Below are positions 49,569-59,909 of a DNA stretch of 64,000 nucleotides, piece by piece; positions within the stretch are counted from its first letter, which is position 1; the number at the start of each line of letters is the position of its first letter. Source of the stretch: an uncultured Actinomycetes bacterium (GTDB lineage Bacteria; Actinomycetota; Thermoleophilia; UBA2241); assembly GCA_963755025.1 (NCBI GenBank), contig CAVWIH010000025.1, forward strand, positions 1 through 64,000. Reading direction: 5' to 3'. A program made the position numbers and the translations under genes. A model generated the notes under the pieces. That model worked only from the letters and a program-made list of their open reading frames with translations, made no database searches and was not told the origin of the DNA.

Positions 49569-51734
49569 ATGACCGACACGTTCGACCCCGAGGCCGCCCT
49601 GCCCGCGCCGTCGCGCGCCACCGCCGCCACGCGCCCCGGGCGCTTACGCCGGTTGTGGCGCGGCCGGCCCGGTCGACCCGGCGTGGGTGCGCCCCGCGCT
49701 GCTCGGCCTGCTGATGGCGGCCGCGCTGCTGTACCTGATCGGCCTCGGCCGCTCGGGCTGGGCCAACGCCTTCTACTCGGCGGCCGTGCAAGCCGGCGCG
49801 CACAGCTGGAAGGCCTTCTTCTTCGGCTCCTCCGACGCCGCCAACTTCATCACCGTCGACAAGCCGCCGGCGTCGCTGTGGGTCATGGAGCTCTCGGCGC
49901 GCCTCTTCGGCGTCAACGCCTGGAGCATCCTCGTGCCGCAGGCGCTCGAGGGCGTCGCCTGCGTCGGCGTGCTCTACCTGACCGTGCGCCGCTGGTTCGG
50001 GCCGGTCGCCGGCCTGCTCGCCGGCGTGGTGCTGGCCCTCACGCCGGTGGCCACCCTCATGTTCCGCTTCAACAACCCCGACGCCCTGCTCGTGCTGCTC
50101 CTTACGCTCGGCGTGTACGCCGTGACCCGCGCAATCGAGAACGCCGGCACCCGCTGGCTCGTGCTCGCCGCCGCCCTGGTCGGGCTCGGGTTCACCACGA
50201 AGATGCTGCAGGCCCTGCTCATCGTGCCGGCCCTGGCGACCGCCTATGCCCTGGCCGCCCCGGCGTCGCCGTGGCGCCGCGTGCGTCAGCTCGTCGTGGC
50301 CGGCGTGGCGCTGCTCGTGTCGTGCGGCTGGTGGGTGGCGATCGTGCAGCTCTGGCCGGCCGCCAGCCGCCCCTACATCGGCGGTTCGCAGACCAACAGC
50401 GTCGTCGAGCTCATCTTCGGCTACAACGGCCTCGGCCGCATCACCGGCAACGAGACCGGCAGCGTCGTGGCCGGCGGCGCCGGCCAGGCCGGGGCCTGGG
50501 GCGCGACCGGCATAGGACGGCTGTTCTCGGCGTCGTGGGGCGGTCAGATCGCCTGGCTGCTGCCCGCCGCCCTCGCCTTTCTCGTCGCCCTGCTGTGGCT
50601 CAGCCGCCGGGCGCCGCGCACCGACCGCACGCGGGCCGCCGTCGTGCTGTGGGGCGGCTCGCTGCTCGTCACCGCCGTCGTGTTCAGCTTCGCCCAGGGC
50701 ATCATCCACGAGTACTACGCCGTGGCGCTCGCCCCGGCGATCGGCGCGCTCGTCGGCATAGGTGCGACCGCCCTGTGGGCCCGGCGCGCCGCCGCAGGCT
50801 GGCGGCTCTGCCTGGCCGCCATCGTGGCGGCGACCGCGGTGTGGGCCTTCGTGCTGCTCGACCGTTCGGCCGCCTGGCTGCCGTGGCTGCGCTTCGTGGT
50901 GATCGTGGGCGGCCTGCTGGCCGCCGCGGGGCTCGTCGTCGCCGATCGCCTGGCGCGGCGCGCCGCCCTGGCCCTCGCCGGCGTGGGCGTCGCCCTCGCC
51001 CTGGCCGGTCCGGCGGCCTACTCGATGCAGACGGCCTCGACCGCGCACTCGGGCTCGCTGCCCAGTGCCGGACCGACGGTCGCCGGCGGCGGCCTGGGCG
51101 GCTTCGGCGGCGGTCGCGGCGGCGGCGCCGGGCTGCGGTTCACCGGCGCCGGCGGACCGCCGAGCGCGACGGCCGGCGGCGGCGCGCCGAGCGCGACGGC
51201 CGGCGGCACGGCCGGCGGCGGGGCGCCCAGCGGCGGCGCGCCCAGCGGCGGCAATAACTGGGCAGCGCGCCAGGCGGCACGCCGCCCACCGGCGGCCAGA
51301 CCGGCGGCGTGCCGGGCGCGACGCGGGGCGGCGGTTTCGGCCGGACCGGCGGCGGGGCGGGCGGCGCCGGCGGCGGGCTGCTGAACGCCAGCACGCCGAG
51401 CAGCGCGCTGGTCGCCCTGCTCAAGAACGACGCCCACCGGTACACATGGGTCGCGGCCACCGTGGGCTCTCAGTCGGCCGCCGGCTACCAGCTCGCCACG
51501 AACGACCCGGTCATGAGCCTCGGCGGCTTCAACGGCAGCGACCCCTACCCGACGCTCGCCGAGTTCGAAGCCATCGTGAACGCCGGCAAGGTCCACTACT
51601 TCATCGGCGGCGGCTCCGGCGGGGTCGGCAACGGTTCGTCGATGAGCGCCATCACCACCTGGGTCAAGGCCCACTTCACCTCCCGCACCGTCGGGGGAGT
51701 GACCATCTACGACCTGACCAGCCGCACAGGCTGA
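49569..51734 (+). CDS. GT39/ArnT-like (YkcB-type) membrane glycosyltransferase, frameshifts near 49670 and 51280
   Basis: WANAFYSAAV, FITVDKPP, FRFNNPD, YIGGSQTNS, HEYY, C-terminal GGFNGSDPYPTL. Confidence 0.9.
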
Positions 51735-51764
51735 CGCTCCGCGCGAGCAAGGAGGCGACCACCC

Positions 51765-52445
51765 ATGTCGATCACCGCGAGCCTCGACCGCGAACGCCCT
51801 CCGGCGGCGCCGGTCTTCACCGGCCCCGTGAAGGCGCGGCGTGCGCCGCGCGCCGCCCGCCGCGACCGCCCGGTACGCGTCGCGACGACGCGCGACCAGG
51901 TCACGCGCGACGCCGTCGTGGCGGTGGTGGCCGACGCCCTGCGGGCGCGGCCCTACGACCAGGTGACCTACACCTTCGTCGCCGCCCTCGCGCACGTCAC
52001 GGCGGCCGACGTGCAGCGCTGCTTCGCCACCAAGGCCGAGATGGTGCTGAGCGCCCTGCGGCCCACCGCGGCCTGGTCGCCGCGCCGCGCGCTGGCGCTG
52101 TCGGGCGCCGAGATCGTGACCGGCTACCTCGAGTTCTGGGAGACGGCCGACAACGCCGCCATCCTGCGCTGCGTCTGCGCCGCCTCAGCGACCGACAAGC
52201 GGCTCGCCGCGGCCGTCGAGGCCCACATGGTCGCCGGCCTGATCGCCCCGTTTGCCGCCCAGGCGCCCACGCCCGACGCCTGTCCGCGGGCGCGCCTTGC
52301 GGTCGCGGCGCTGCTCGGCCTGGCGCTCAGCCGCTATGTGTTCCATCAGGAGCCGCTGGCCTCGGCCGACCACGAGACGATCGCCGCGTGGTCGGGCCCC
52401 GCGCTCGACTACTACCTCAAAGGCGAGCTCGGGCGTACGGCCTGA
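51765..52445 (+). CDS. TetR-family protein (TetR_C_16) with degenerate HTH
   Basis: YLEFWE...RARL...LLGLALSRYV...EPLASA...GPALDYYL. Confidence 0.75.
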   Translation: MSITASLDRERPPAAPVFTGPVKARRAPRAARRDRPVRVATTRDQVTRDAVVAVVADALRARPYDQVTYTFVAALAHVTAADVQRCFATKAEMVLSALRPTAAWSPRRALALSGAEIVTGYLEFWETADNAAILRCVCAASATDKRLAAAVEAHMVAGLIAPFAAQAPTPDACPRARLAVAALLGLALSRYVFHQEPLASADHETIAAWSGPALDYYLKGELGRTA

Positions 52446-52540
52446 CGGCGCGGCGACGGCGGGCGTCTTACGGCGCCCTGGGCGCGGCGGTCGCCGTCGG
52501 CCGCTGAGCCGCGCCTCCGGCGGCCGCGGCGCGGCCGCCG

Positions 52541-53239
52541 TCAGCGCGCGACGCGCGACTTCTCGCGCAACTCCTGCCAGCGCCGCCCCGTCTTGCGCAG
52601 GTTGAAGGCGCCGACGACCATCACCGCTCCCCAGACGATGGCGATCAGCCCCACGAAGATGCCGATCAGCGTGATGGTCGCTCCCGGCCAGGCGATCATG
52701 ACGACGCCGAGGACTATCAGGGCGATGCCGGCCGCCACGTCGTTGATGCGGGTGTCGTGGGCGCTGCCGAACGCCGTGGCGGCGCGCACGATGCCCCACA
52801 CCAGGAACGTGATGCCGGCCACGACGGCGACGACCTTGAGCGTCTCGCCGGGCCAGACAAGCAGCACGATGCCGCCCACCAGGGCGACGAGGGCGCCGGC
52901 CAGGTGTGCGCCGCGCGCGCCTCCCCGGCCCATCGTCACCAGCTGCGCGATGCCCATGAAGAGCAGGAACAGGCCGGTGAGCCAGACCAGGGCGCCCAGG
53001 CTGCCGAAGGCGTGGCTGAGCACGATGACGCCGAAGACGATGGCGACGACCCCGACGCCGAGCAGCCAGCCCCAGTTGTGCGCCGCCCAGCCGGCCTGGC
53101 GGTCGAGCAGGTGCGCCTGGGCCCTGCTGAACGAGACCTCTTCCTGCACGACGACCCGGTCGTCGTCGTACAACGGCGTCGCCCCCTCGTCATCGTTGTC
53201 GTAGGGAGGCATCCCTGCCTCGCGGTGACTATCTTCCAT
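52541..53239 (-). CDS. HdeD/DUF308 membrane protein
   Basis: NWGWLLGVGVVAIVFG and repeated GIVLLVWPG units. Confidence 0.85.
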   Translation of the reverse strand: MEDSHREAGMPPYDNDDEGATPLYDDDRVVVQEEVSFSRAQAHLLDRQAGWAAHNWGWLLGVGVVAIVFGVIVLSHAFGSLGALVWLTGLFLLFMGIAQLVTMGRGGARGAHLAGALVALVGGIVLLVWPGETLKVVAVVAGITFLVWGIVRAATAFGSAHDTRINDVAAGIALIVLGVVMIAWPGATITLIGIFVGLIAIVWGAVMVVGAFNLRKTGRRWQELREKSRVAR

Positions 53240-53365
53240 CGCCGACCTCCCGATCGTTTGCGCCTGTGCCGTGGCCGCCGCGGTTCTTCTTCGACAACCA
53301 TACAGGTGATACCCCGCTGGAAGAGCGTGGCGCCGTACGATGCAGCAGCAGCCGGCGCCACACGC

Positions 53366-53465
53366 AAGAGGGGCCCAGGCTTCGCAGAGCCCAGGCCCCA
53401 AGGAGGGCAGGCGCAGGGGGGGTCCGCGCCTAACTCGGCTCGGGGGGACGGGGACCTCGAGCCGC
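53366..53465 (-). ncRNA. 6C-like small RNA with 3' terminator hairpin
   Basis: Minus strand has CGGCTCG-aggtccccgtccccc-CGAGCCG and AGGCGC-ggaccccccct-GCGCCT, then CCCTCCTT, then hairpin GGGGCCTGGGCT-ctgcga-AGCCTGGGCCCC-tctt. Two stems with C-rich loops is the defining architecture of actinobacterial 6C RNA. Confidence 0.75.
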
Positions 53466-53471
53466 AACGAC

Positions 53472-53525
53472 AGTGTCGCAGGCCGGTGTTGGGTTCTCGT
53501 GAGGGTCCGGTGAGGGCGTTGTTGG
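53472..53525 (-). promoter_or_regulatory. Promoter of the 6C-like RNA with four 11-bp-phased boxes
   Basis: Minus strand CCAACA-N5-CTCACC-N5-CTCACG-N5-CCAACA-N9-GACACT, ending about 7 nt before the first stem. Confidence 0.55.
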
Positions 53526-53632
53526 CGTTTTCGGCACGCCCGGCGCCCGGGCATCGCGCCCCCTGAGCGCGCCGCCTGAGCATCGCGCCGCCCGACATCT
53601 GGCCGCGCGCGCAGCGCGGCCTTAGCCGAACG

Positions 53633-54145
53633 TCAGGGAACGGCCAGCACCATGAGAATGGTGGCCACCGCGAGGATCAGCCCGACGACGGTGGTGACCG
53701 TAAGGGCCCACGAGTCGAGCGGCAAGGGCTCGTTCGACTGCAGCGCGACCCGCACGCGGTGGGCTCGCACCAGGGCATAGCTGAGCAGGAAGATGCCCAG
53801 CACTCCATAGCCGGCGCCCAGCAGCGAATACATGCGGTGCGAACCGCCGATCAGCGCCGGCAACAGGCGGCCGACCGCGAGCGCCGTACCGATCGCGCCC
53901 AGGCCGGTGCGCAGCCAGGCGAGGTAGGTGCGCTCGGCGGCCAGGTAGGTGCGCCGCGGGGCCGAGTCGCGCAGCGCGGCGGTGTTCTGGCGAACGGCGG
54001 CGGGTGGCGGCTCTAGCGTTGTGGGCGGTGGCTCCGTCGTCGGCCTCCGTACGATTCTTCGGGGATAGTCGCGTTCGAGGGTACCATGAGGGCGCTGCGA
54101 CGGCGAGCGGGGCGCCGCCAGCGGGCGACCCTCTCCCTCTACCAC
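53633..54145 (-). CDS. DUF202 (YidH) membrane protein, true start probably downstream
   Basis: RTYLAAERTYLAWLRTGL followed by three TM segments. Confidence 0.88.
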   Translation of the reverse strand: MVEGEGRPLAAPRSPSQRPHGTLERDYPRRIVRRPTTEPPPTTLEPPPAAVRQNTAALRDSAPRRTYLAAERTYLAWLRTGLGAIGTALAVGRLLPALIGGSHRMYSLLGAGYGVLGIFLLSYALVRAHRVRVALQSNEPLPLDSWALTVTTVVGLILAVATILMVLAVP

Positions 54146-54149
54146 ACCC

Positions 54150-55373
54150 TTAGCCTCGCTGCAGACCGGCGTGGATCGTGGGCCAGAACGCCGGGTCCTC
54201 GTCGCCCATCACCCAGATGGCGATGCCGGCGATGCGCGGCCGGCGGGAGAGGGCGAAGGCCAGCTTGGCGGCGACCGCGGTCGGGTCTTGAAAGTAGACG
54301 GTGTGCTCGACGCCGCCCGCCGCATAGTGGAAGTAGGCCTCGCCCGACGGCGAGCGCACCACGGTCGCGCCGTACCGCGCGAGCAGCGCCTGAGCGTCGG
54401 TCCAGAGCAGGTAGCGCGGCGGGCCGACGCCCCAGTCGAAGCCGTAGAAGGGCACGCCCAGGTAGATCTTGGCGGGCGCGACCTGCGACTCGGCGTAGGC
54501 CAGCACGCGGGCCATCCAGGCCGGCGACGAGAGCGGTCCCGGCCCGGTGAACGAGCCGTGCTCGCCGAAGGTCAGGACCTTGAACTCGTCGGCCGCGCGG
54601 CCCAGGGCGGCGTAGTCCTCGGCGGCCCGGGCGCCGGCCTCTGTGCCCGTCGGATAGTCCGACGTCTTGTCGTAGACGTCGACCGAGAGCAGTTTGCCGG
54701 CGGCGTGCAACCGCACGGCCAGCAGGCCGACGAAGGCCGAGAACGACGCCCTGTCCGCGGCGCGCAGCGACTCCCAGTCGACGTCGATGCCGTCGTACCC
54801 GTGGTCTTCGGTCAGGGCGACCAGCTCGGCCACGTGGTGCGCCCTCGTGGCCGGCGTGGCGAGGATCGCCTCGGCGATGGCCGGGTCGAAGGCCGCGTAG
54901 TCGTTGGCGCGGTTGGTCACGGTGGCGAAGACGCGCAGGTGCGCGGCGTGGGCGCGCCTGACGAACGCGGGATCGACCGCCTCGGGCGAGAGCGAGCCGT
55001 CGGGCCGGGCGTGCCACCAGTCGAGGTCGACCTCGGTGAGGGCGTGGGCGGCGGTGGCCGCCCGCAGCGAGGCCACGTCGCCGCGGCTCCAGGCGGCCAC
55101 CGCGAAGGGCGCGGCCGGGCCCACGGTGGCCGAGGGGCTCGCGCCGGGCGACCGGGTAGGCCCAGGCACCGGCGACGATCTCGCGGGGCTCGGCGACGGC
55201 GAGGCGACGGCACTGGGCCCGCCGCCGGCGCGCCCGAACTCGGTCCAGGCGACCACCGCCACGCTCACGGCCGCGACCAGCGCCACCACGGCCGCCACGC
55301 GCAGCGGCGTACGCCGGCGCCGCGCACGGTAGACGTGGCGCGCGCCGTCGCCCTCTCTGCGGCCGCCGCTCAT
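54150..55373 (-). CDS. Membrane-anchored GH18 glycoside hydrolase (YaaH-like)
   Basis: GYDGIDVDWE (DxxDxDxE), KIYLGVPFYGFDW, GIAIWVMG. Confidence 0.9.
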   Translation of the reverse strand: MSGGRREGDGARHVYRARRRRTPLRVAAVVALVAAVSVAVVAWTEFGRAGGGPSAVASPSPSPARSSPVPGPTRSPGASPSATVGPAAPFAVAAWSRGDVASLRAATAAHALTEVDLDWWHARPDGSLSPEAVDPAFVRRAHAAHLRVFATVTNRANDYAAFDPAIAEAILATPATRAHHVAELVALTEDHGYDGIDVDWESLRAADRASFSAFVGLLAVRLHAAGKLLSVDVYDKTSDYPTGTEAGARAAEDYAALGRAADEFKVLTFGEHGSFTGPGPLSSPAWMARVLAYAESQVAPAKIYLGVPFYGFDWGVGPPRYLLWTDAQALLARYGATVVRSPSGEAYFHYAAGGVEHTVYFQDPTAVAAKLAFALSRRPRIAGIAIWVMGDEDPAFWPTIHAGLQRG

Positions 55374-55463
55374 GCAGCGAGTATAGCTTGGGGACGTCTG
55401 GCGCCGCCGAGACTGTCGCCGGGCGCTCTACCCCATCCGGGCGCCGGCGCGGGCGCCGGCGCC

Positions 55464-55898
55464 TTACGCTGTCGGCACGCCGTCTTTGATGCCGTGCAGC
55501 TCGTGGGTCATGGTGTGGATCGCCGTCGTCAACTCGAGGATCTGGTTGGACAGCTGAATGATCTGCTCGTTCTGGTGCTCCTCGGTCTGCACGGTCTGCC
55601 ACTGGGCGTCGGCCAGCACCTGGCGCCGCGCGTCGGCGCGGTTCTGGCTGATCATGACGAAGGTCGACAGGAAGATCGCCTCGAGCGAGACGATCATGGT
55701 GAGCAGCCCGAACGGGTAACGCTCGACGCCGACCACGATCCATAGGGTAAACCATGCGATGTGCACGTAGACGAAGGTCATCGAGCCGGCGAAGTTCGTG
55801 ATCGCGTCGGCGATGCGCGACTGCAGGCTCTGCAGGCGCTGCTCGTTGTGGCGCACGAGCGCCGGGTGCTTGGCTGCGGGGGGCGAGCCGGCTTCCAT
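55464..55898 (-). CDS. DUF1003 membrane protein
   Basis: RIADAITNFAGSMTF...YPFGLLTMIVSLEAIFLSTFVMISQNR. Confidence 0.92.
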   Translation of the reverse strand: MEAGSPPAAKHPALVRHNEQRLQSLQSRIADAITNFAGSMTFVYVHIAWFTLWIVVGVERYPFGLLTMIVSLEAIFLSTFVMISQNRADARRQVLADAQWQTVQTEEHQNEQIIQLSNQILELTTAIHTMTHELHGIKDGVPTA

Positions 55899-55989
55899 GG
55901 ATCTCCTGTTCGGTCGCGGTGCGGCCCGCCCCTGACGGCGGGTCGTTGTCTGGCGGTGGGCGGGGCGGTTCTTGTATCTGTTCTGGTGC

Positions 55990-56442
55990 TCAGCCGCGAC
56001 GGCCGGGCGCCCTGACCGGTCGCGCGAACGTCTTGGCCATGCGCACGTGGGTGCCGGCGGCGCCCGACGAGCGCACCTCGACCTCATCCATGAGGCGATG
56101 GATGAGGAACAGTCCTCGCCCGTGCGACACGAGCGGGTCGGGGACCGCCCCGGCGTCGAACCGGCGAGCGTCGAAGCCGCAGCCACGGTCGCGGATCTCG
56201 ACGACCACCCGCGAGCGGCCGACCTCGGCGCGCAGCTCGGTCTCGCCGACGTCGCCGCTGTGCATGAGCGCGTTGTTGAAGGCCTCGTCGGCGGCCAGCA
56301 GGACTTCGCGGGCCGCCTTCTTGGGCACGCCGTTCGAGGCCAGGTGGAGCGTCAACGCCGTGCGCAGGCGGTTCGCCGACGAGCGCCTGAGAGGCAGGCA
56401 CACGCGCAAGGTGGCTCCCACGTCTCGAGGCTGGCTGGTCAC
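55990..56442 (-). CDS. RsbW-like anti-sigma factor / HATPase_c_2 protein
   Basis: LAADEAFNNALMH, IRDRGCGF, HGRGLFLIHRLMDEV. Confidence 0.9.
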   Translation of the reverse strand: MTSQPRDVGATLRVCLPLRRSSANRLRTALTLHLASNGVPKKAAREVLLAADEAFNNALMHSGDVGETELRAEVGRSRVVVEIRDRGCGFDARRFDAGAVPDPLVSHGRGLFLIHRLMDEVEVRSSGAAGTHVRMAKTFARPVRAPGRRG

Positions 56443-56573
56443 GGCTTCGCCTTGACCTCACTGTAGCAGACAGGTGTCCCGCCTGCAGTTCGACCAAGGG
56501 CGCCGGATTCCTGCCGCGCCCCGAGAACGGTCGTAGGCCGGCCCAGCCCGCGGCACGCGCGCAAGGGGGCGAT

Positions 56574-56628
56574 TCTCAGGGTACTCCAAGGTGGCGCTCA
56601 GACGGCCCTCAGGGTCAAGGGCTACACC
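56574..56628 (+). promoter_or_regulatory. Four 11-bp-phased MprA-like boxes plus -10, upstream of htrA
   Basis: TCTCAG-N5-TCCAAG-N5-GCTCAG-N5-CCTCAG-N10-TACACC. Confidence 0.72.
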
Positions 56629-56718
56629 TACTCTGTATACGCCGAGTTTCGGGCGCGGCGGCGGCTACCTACGCCAACTGGGGAAGACTACAATGAAGCG
56701 GAGCCCTGCGGAGGCACG

Positions 56719-58233
56719 ATGACCGATCCCGAAGCACCGGGAGGCCCCCTGGGGGGCTCGAGTCCCGACGACGCACACGCAGCAGACCACGACGCCGAAC
56801 AGGTCGGTCCGCCGAACACGGCCTGGAGCCTGCCCGACGGCGCCTGGCGTGCCCCCGATCCCGCGAGCGACCGCCGCGACGCAACGCCGGCCGCCGGCGA
56901 CCGACCCGACCCTGCCCCTGCGAGCGAGCAGCGCGGCGGAGCGGCCGGCGACTGGCGCCCCTCGGGCGCCACCGCGACCGGCTGGGGCACGCCCGTTGCC
57001 GGCGGCGGCTGGACTCCGGCGCCGGGTGGCGGCTGGACCCCGCCCGGACGCGTCGCGCAGCCGGCCCGCAGGCAAGCCCCCGTTCCCCGCCCGCGGCGCC
57101 GCCTGGGCCGCGTCCTCATCGCCGCGCTGCTGATCGGCGCCGCGGTGTTCCTGGGCGTCGCCATCAGCCACGACTTCTGGCAGTCCGGCGACTCGTCGTC
57201 GGCCACGACGCTGCCCGGCGGCCCCGCCGCGAGCGCCCTGCCGTTCGGCAACGGCTCGAACGGTTCGTCGAGCTCCAACTCCGCCGGCGTGAGCGGCTCG
57301 GGCGGCGCGACGTCGATCGCCGCGGCGGTCGATCCGGCGCTCGTCGACATCAACGTCGACCTCAGCTACCAGGAGAGCCAGGCGGCGGCCACCGGCATCG
57401 TGCTGAACTCGACGGGTCTGGTCCTCACGAACAACCACGTGATCAGCGGCGCGACCTCCATAAGCGCCGTCGACGTGGGCAACGGCAAGACCTATCAGGC
57501 CACCGTCGTGGGCTACGACCGCAGCCACGACATCGCCCTCATCCAGCTGACCGACGCCTCCGGACTCACGAGCGCACGGCTCGGCGATTCGTCGAAGGCC
57601 GCGATAGGCCAGCGCGTGGTGGCCCTGGGCAACGCCGGGGGCACCGGCGGCACACCCACGGCGGCCGGCGGAGCGGTGGTCGCCCTGAACCAGGAGATCA
57701 TCGCCAGCGACGAGGACGCCAGCACGTCGGAGCAGCTCACCGGCCTCATCCAGACCGATGCCGCCATCCAGCCCGGCGACTCGGGCGGACCGCTCGTCGA
57801 CAAGGCCGGCCGGGTGATCGGCATCGACACGGCGGCGTCGAGCTCGTACACGTTCCGCTCGACCGGCAGCGAGGGCTTCGCCGTGCCCATCAACACCGCC
57901 GCCGACATCGCCAGCCAGATCATCGACCACAAGTCGTCGGCGACCGTGCACATAGGCCCGACGGCGTTCCTGGGCGTCGGCCTCGACAGCTCGGGATCGA
58001 GCACGGGGGCGACCATCACCGGCGTCCTGCCCGGCTCCGCCGCGTCGCAGGTGGGTCTGGCCGAGGGCGACGTGATCGTCTCGGTCGACGGCCACACGGT
58101 CGACTCGCCCACCACGCTCAGCTCGCTGCTCGGCGCCTACCACCCGGGCGACAGCGTCACGATCGGCTGGAAAGACGCGTCGGGCGCGCGCCACATCGGC
58201 ATCGCGCAACTCGCCAAAGGACCGGCCGCCTGA
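56719..58233 (+). CDS. htrA: HtrA/PepD-like S1C serine protease with PDZ domain
   Basis: TM anchor, TNNHVI, DIA, IQTDAAIQPGDSGG, and a C-terminal PDZ domain. Confidence 0.93.
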   Translation: MTDPEAPGGPLGGSSPDDAHAADHDAEQVGPPNTAWSLPDGAWRAPDPASDRRDATPAAGDRPDPAPASEQRGGAAGDWRPSGATATGWGTPVAGGGWTPAPGGGWTPPGRVAQPARRQAPVPRPRRRLGRVLIAALLIGAAVFLGVAISHDFWQSGDSSSATTLPGGPAASALPFGNGSNGSSSSNSAGVSGSGGATSIAAAVDPALVDINVDLSYQESQAAATGIVLNSTGLVLTNNHVISGATSISAVDVGNGKTYQATVVGYDRSHDIALIQLTDASGLTSARLGDSSKAAIGQRVVALGNAGGTGGTPTAAGGAVVALNQEIIASDEDASTSEQLTGLIQTDAAIQPGDSGGPLVDKAGRVIGIDTAASSSYTFRSTGSEGFAVPINTAADIASQIIDHKSSATVHIGPTAFLGVGLDSSGSSTGATITGVLPGSAASQVGLAEGDVIVSVDGHTVDSPTTLSSLLGAYHPGDSVTIGWKDASGARHIGIAQLAKGPAA

Positions 58234-58291
58234 CGCCGGCCAAGCGCCACGCGCCGCCTGACGGCCGGCCAAGCGCCACGCGGCGCCTGAC
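58225..58291. repeat. ~28-bp tandem repeat duplicating the htrA stop region
   Basis: gccgcctgac(g)gccggccaagcgccacgc twice, plus a partial copy. Confidence 0.65.
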
Positions 58292-58333
58292 CGGCGGCGC
58301 GGCCTCAGACGACGGCGCGTCACCCCGCACGGT

Positions 58334-58380
58334 ACGACAAACGGCGCCCCCGCCGTAGCGGTGGGGGCGCCGTTTGTCGT
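58334..58380. terminator. Bidirectional terminator hairpin
   Basis: ACGACAAACGGCGCCCCCGCCG-tag-CGGTGGGGGCGCCGTTTGTCGT between convergent genes. Confidence 0.8.
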
Positions 58381-58448
58381 TTGCGTTCTCGCTCGGCCGG
58401 CGCGACCGGCGCCGGCGCTACCGGCGGCGTCCGGCCCGGCGCGGCGCC

Positions 58449-59729
58449 CTACCCGACGTGAACGAGCGTGCCGATCGGGTCGTACCTGAACACGACTGCC
58501 GCCGCGCTGTAGGGCAGCTCGACGCAGCCCAGGCTCTGCGGCCAGCCGTAGGAGCTGCGGATGAAGCCGTGCACCGCGTCGCCGCCGTTGAAGTAGGCGA
58601 CGTACGGCACGCCGGTGTCGTGGTAGGTGCTGCCGTCGGGGTTGGTGCCGCTCATGGTCGTCGACAGGAAGCGCGCGTACACGGGGAACGTGCCGCGCGC
58701 GGTCGGACGGCTGGCGATGCCGGTGTTGGCCGCGCTCGAGTAGATGACCTTGCCGTCGCGCCACACGTGCAGCGCCTCGGGAAGCGACATCGACACCTCG
58801 ATGTAGTCGTAGCTGCGCTTGCTGGCCTGGTGCCTGGCGGCCGCCTTGAGCAGGGCCGTCCACACCGCGCGCCCGGCCACGCCGTCGTCGGCGATCTTGT
58901 GGTCGGACTCGAAGGCCATCACCGCGCCCTTGGTGAGCACGGTCGAGGAGCCGCGCTTCCAGAGCGACGACAGCGATGCCGGAGTGTGCTTGTACCGCCA
59001 GAAGAACCGGCCGGTCAGCGGCTTGAGCGAGACCAGGTCGAGTGTGGCGGGCTCGCGGCCGAGGGCCGGCGTGTAGTGCGCCTTGGTGGTCGCCGTAGCG
59101 GCCACCGGCAGAGCGAAGCGCACGGGCAGGTAGCCGAGCTCGGCGAGAAGCTGCTGCAGGCGCAGGACCGACGAAGGCCCGCCGACCGTGAACCAGAACG
59201 TGTGCGTGGCGCCGAGCCGGGCCCCCGCTGCGGAGACGATGCCCTTGGCGCCGCCGGGCAGCGTGACGGTCACCTTCGTGTAGACGGGCAGGTGGCCCTT
59301 GAGCACGAAGACGAGCGTCGCGCCCTCGACCTTCCAGACGCCCGGCACGTTCGGCGTGAGCCGGGGCAGGGGCGTGTCGGCCGCCAGAGCCGTCGAGAAG
59401 CGCACGCGGATCGACGCGGAGAACGCCACGTTCGCGGCCTTGGCGCGCGGCGAGACCGTGACCAGCTTGAGGGGCGGCGGGGGTGTCGGGCTCGGACTCG
59501 GCGTCGGGCTCGGGCTGTCGGTCGGGCTCGGCGAGGTCGTCGGCGAAGGACTTTCGTCGGCGGGCGTGGCGGCGGTCGAGCTCTGGGCCGATGGCGCCGC
59601 CGTAGGGGTCGAGGCGGCGGCCGGCGCGACCGCGCCCGCCGGGGCGAAGGCAAAGTAGGCGCCGCCGAGCAGGGCGATGGCCACTACGCCCAGCATCGCC
59701 GGCAGCGAGGCGCCGAAGTGTCTCTTCAC
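58449..59729 (-). CDS. L,D-transpeptidase (YkuD) with Ig-like and PG-binding domains
   Basis: PTARGTF...YFNGGDAVHG...SLGCV, with an N-terminal TM and S/P linker. Confidence 0.9.
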   Translation of the reverse strand: MKRHFGASLPAMLGVVAIALLGGAYFAFAPAGAVAPAAASTPTAAPSAQSSTAATPADESPSPTTSPSPTDSPSPTPSPSPTPPPPLKLVTVSPRAKAANVAFSASIRVRFSTALAADTPLPRLTPNVPGVWKVEGATLVFVLKGHLPVYTKVTVTLPGGAKGIVSAAGARLGATHTFWFTVGGPSSVLRLQQLLAELGYLPVRFALPVAATATTKAHYTPALGREPATLDLVSLKPLTGRFFWRYKHTPASLSSLWKRGSSTVLTKGAVMAFESDHKIADDGVAGRAVWTALLKAAARHQASKRSYDYIEVSMSLPEALHVWRDGKVIYSSAANTGIASRPTARGTFPVYARFLSTTMSGTNPDGSTYHDTGVPYVAYFNGGDAVHGFIRSSYGWPQSLGCVELPYSAAAVVFRYDPIGTLVHVG

Positions 59730-59909
59730 AGGGTCTCCTCTGATCGTCGACCCTGCCAAGGGTCACGTTCCTGCGTCCGGGCGGCGATCCGCCCATCCGT
59801 GATTAGCCTACTGACATAGTGTAATGCCAACGGACCCTCGTAGAAAAGCGTGTGACCAAGAAAAACGGTCCGCGGCAGATCGCACGCCGCGGCGCCCCGG
59901 CGGCGCCGC

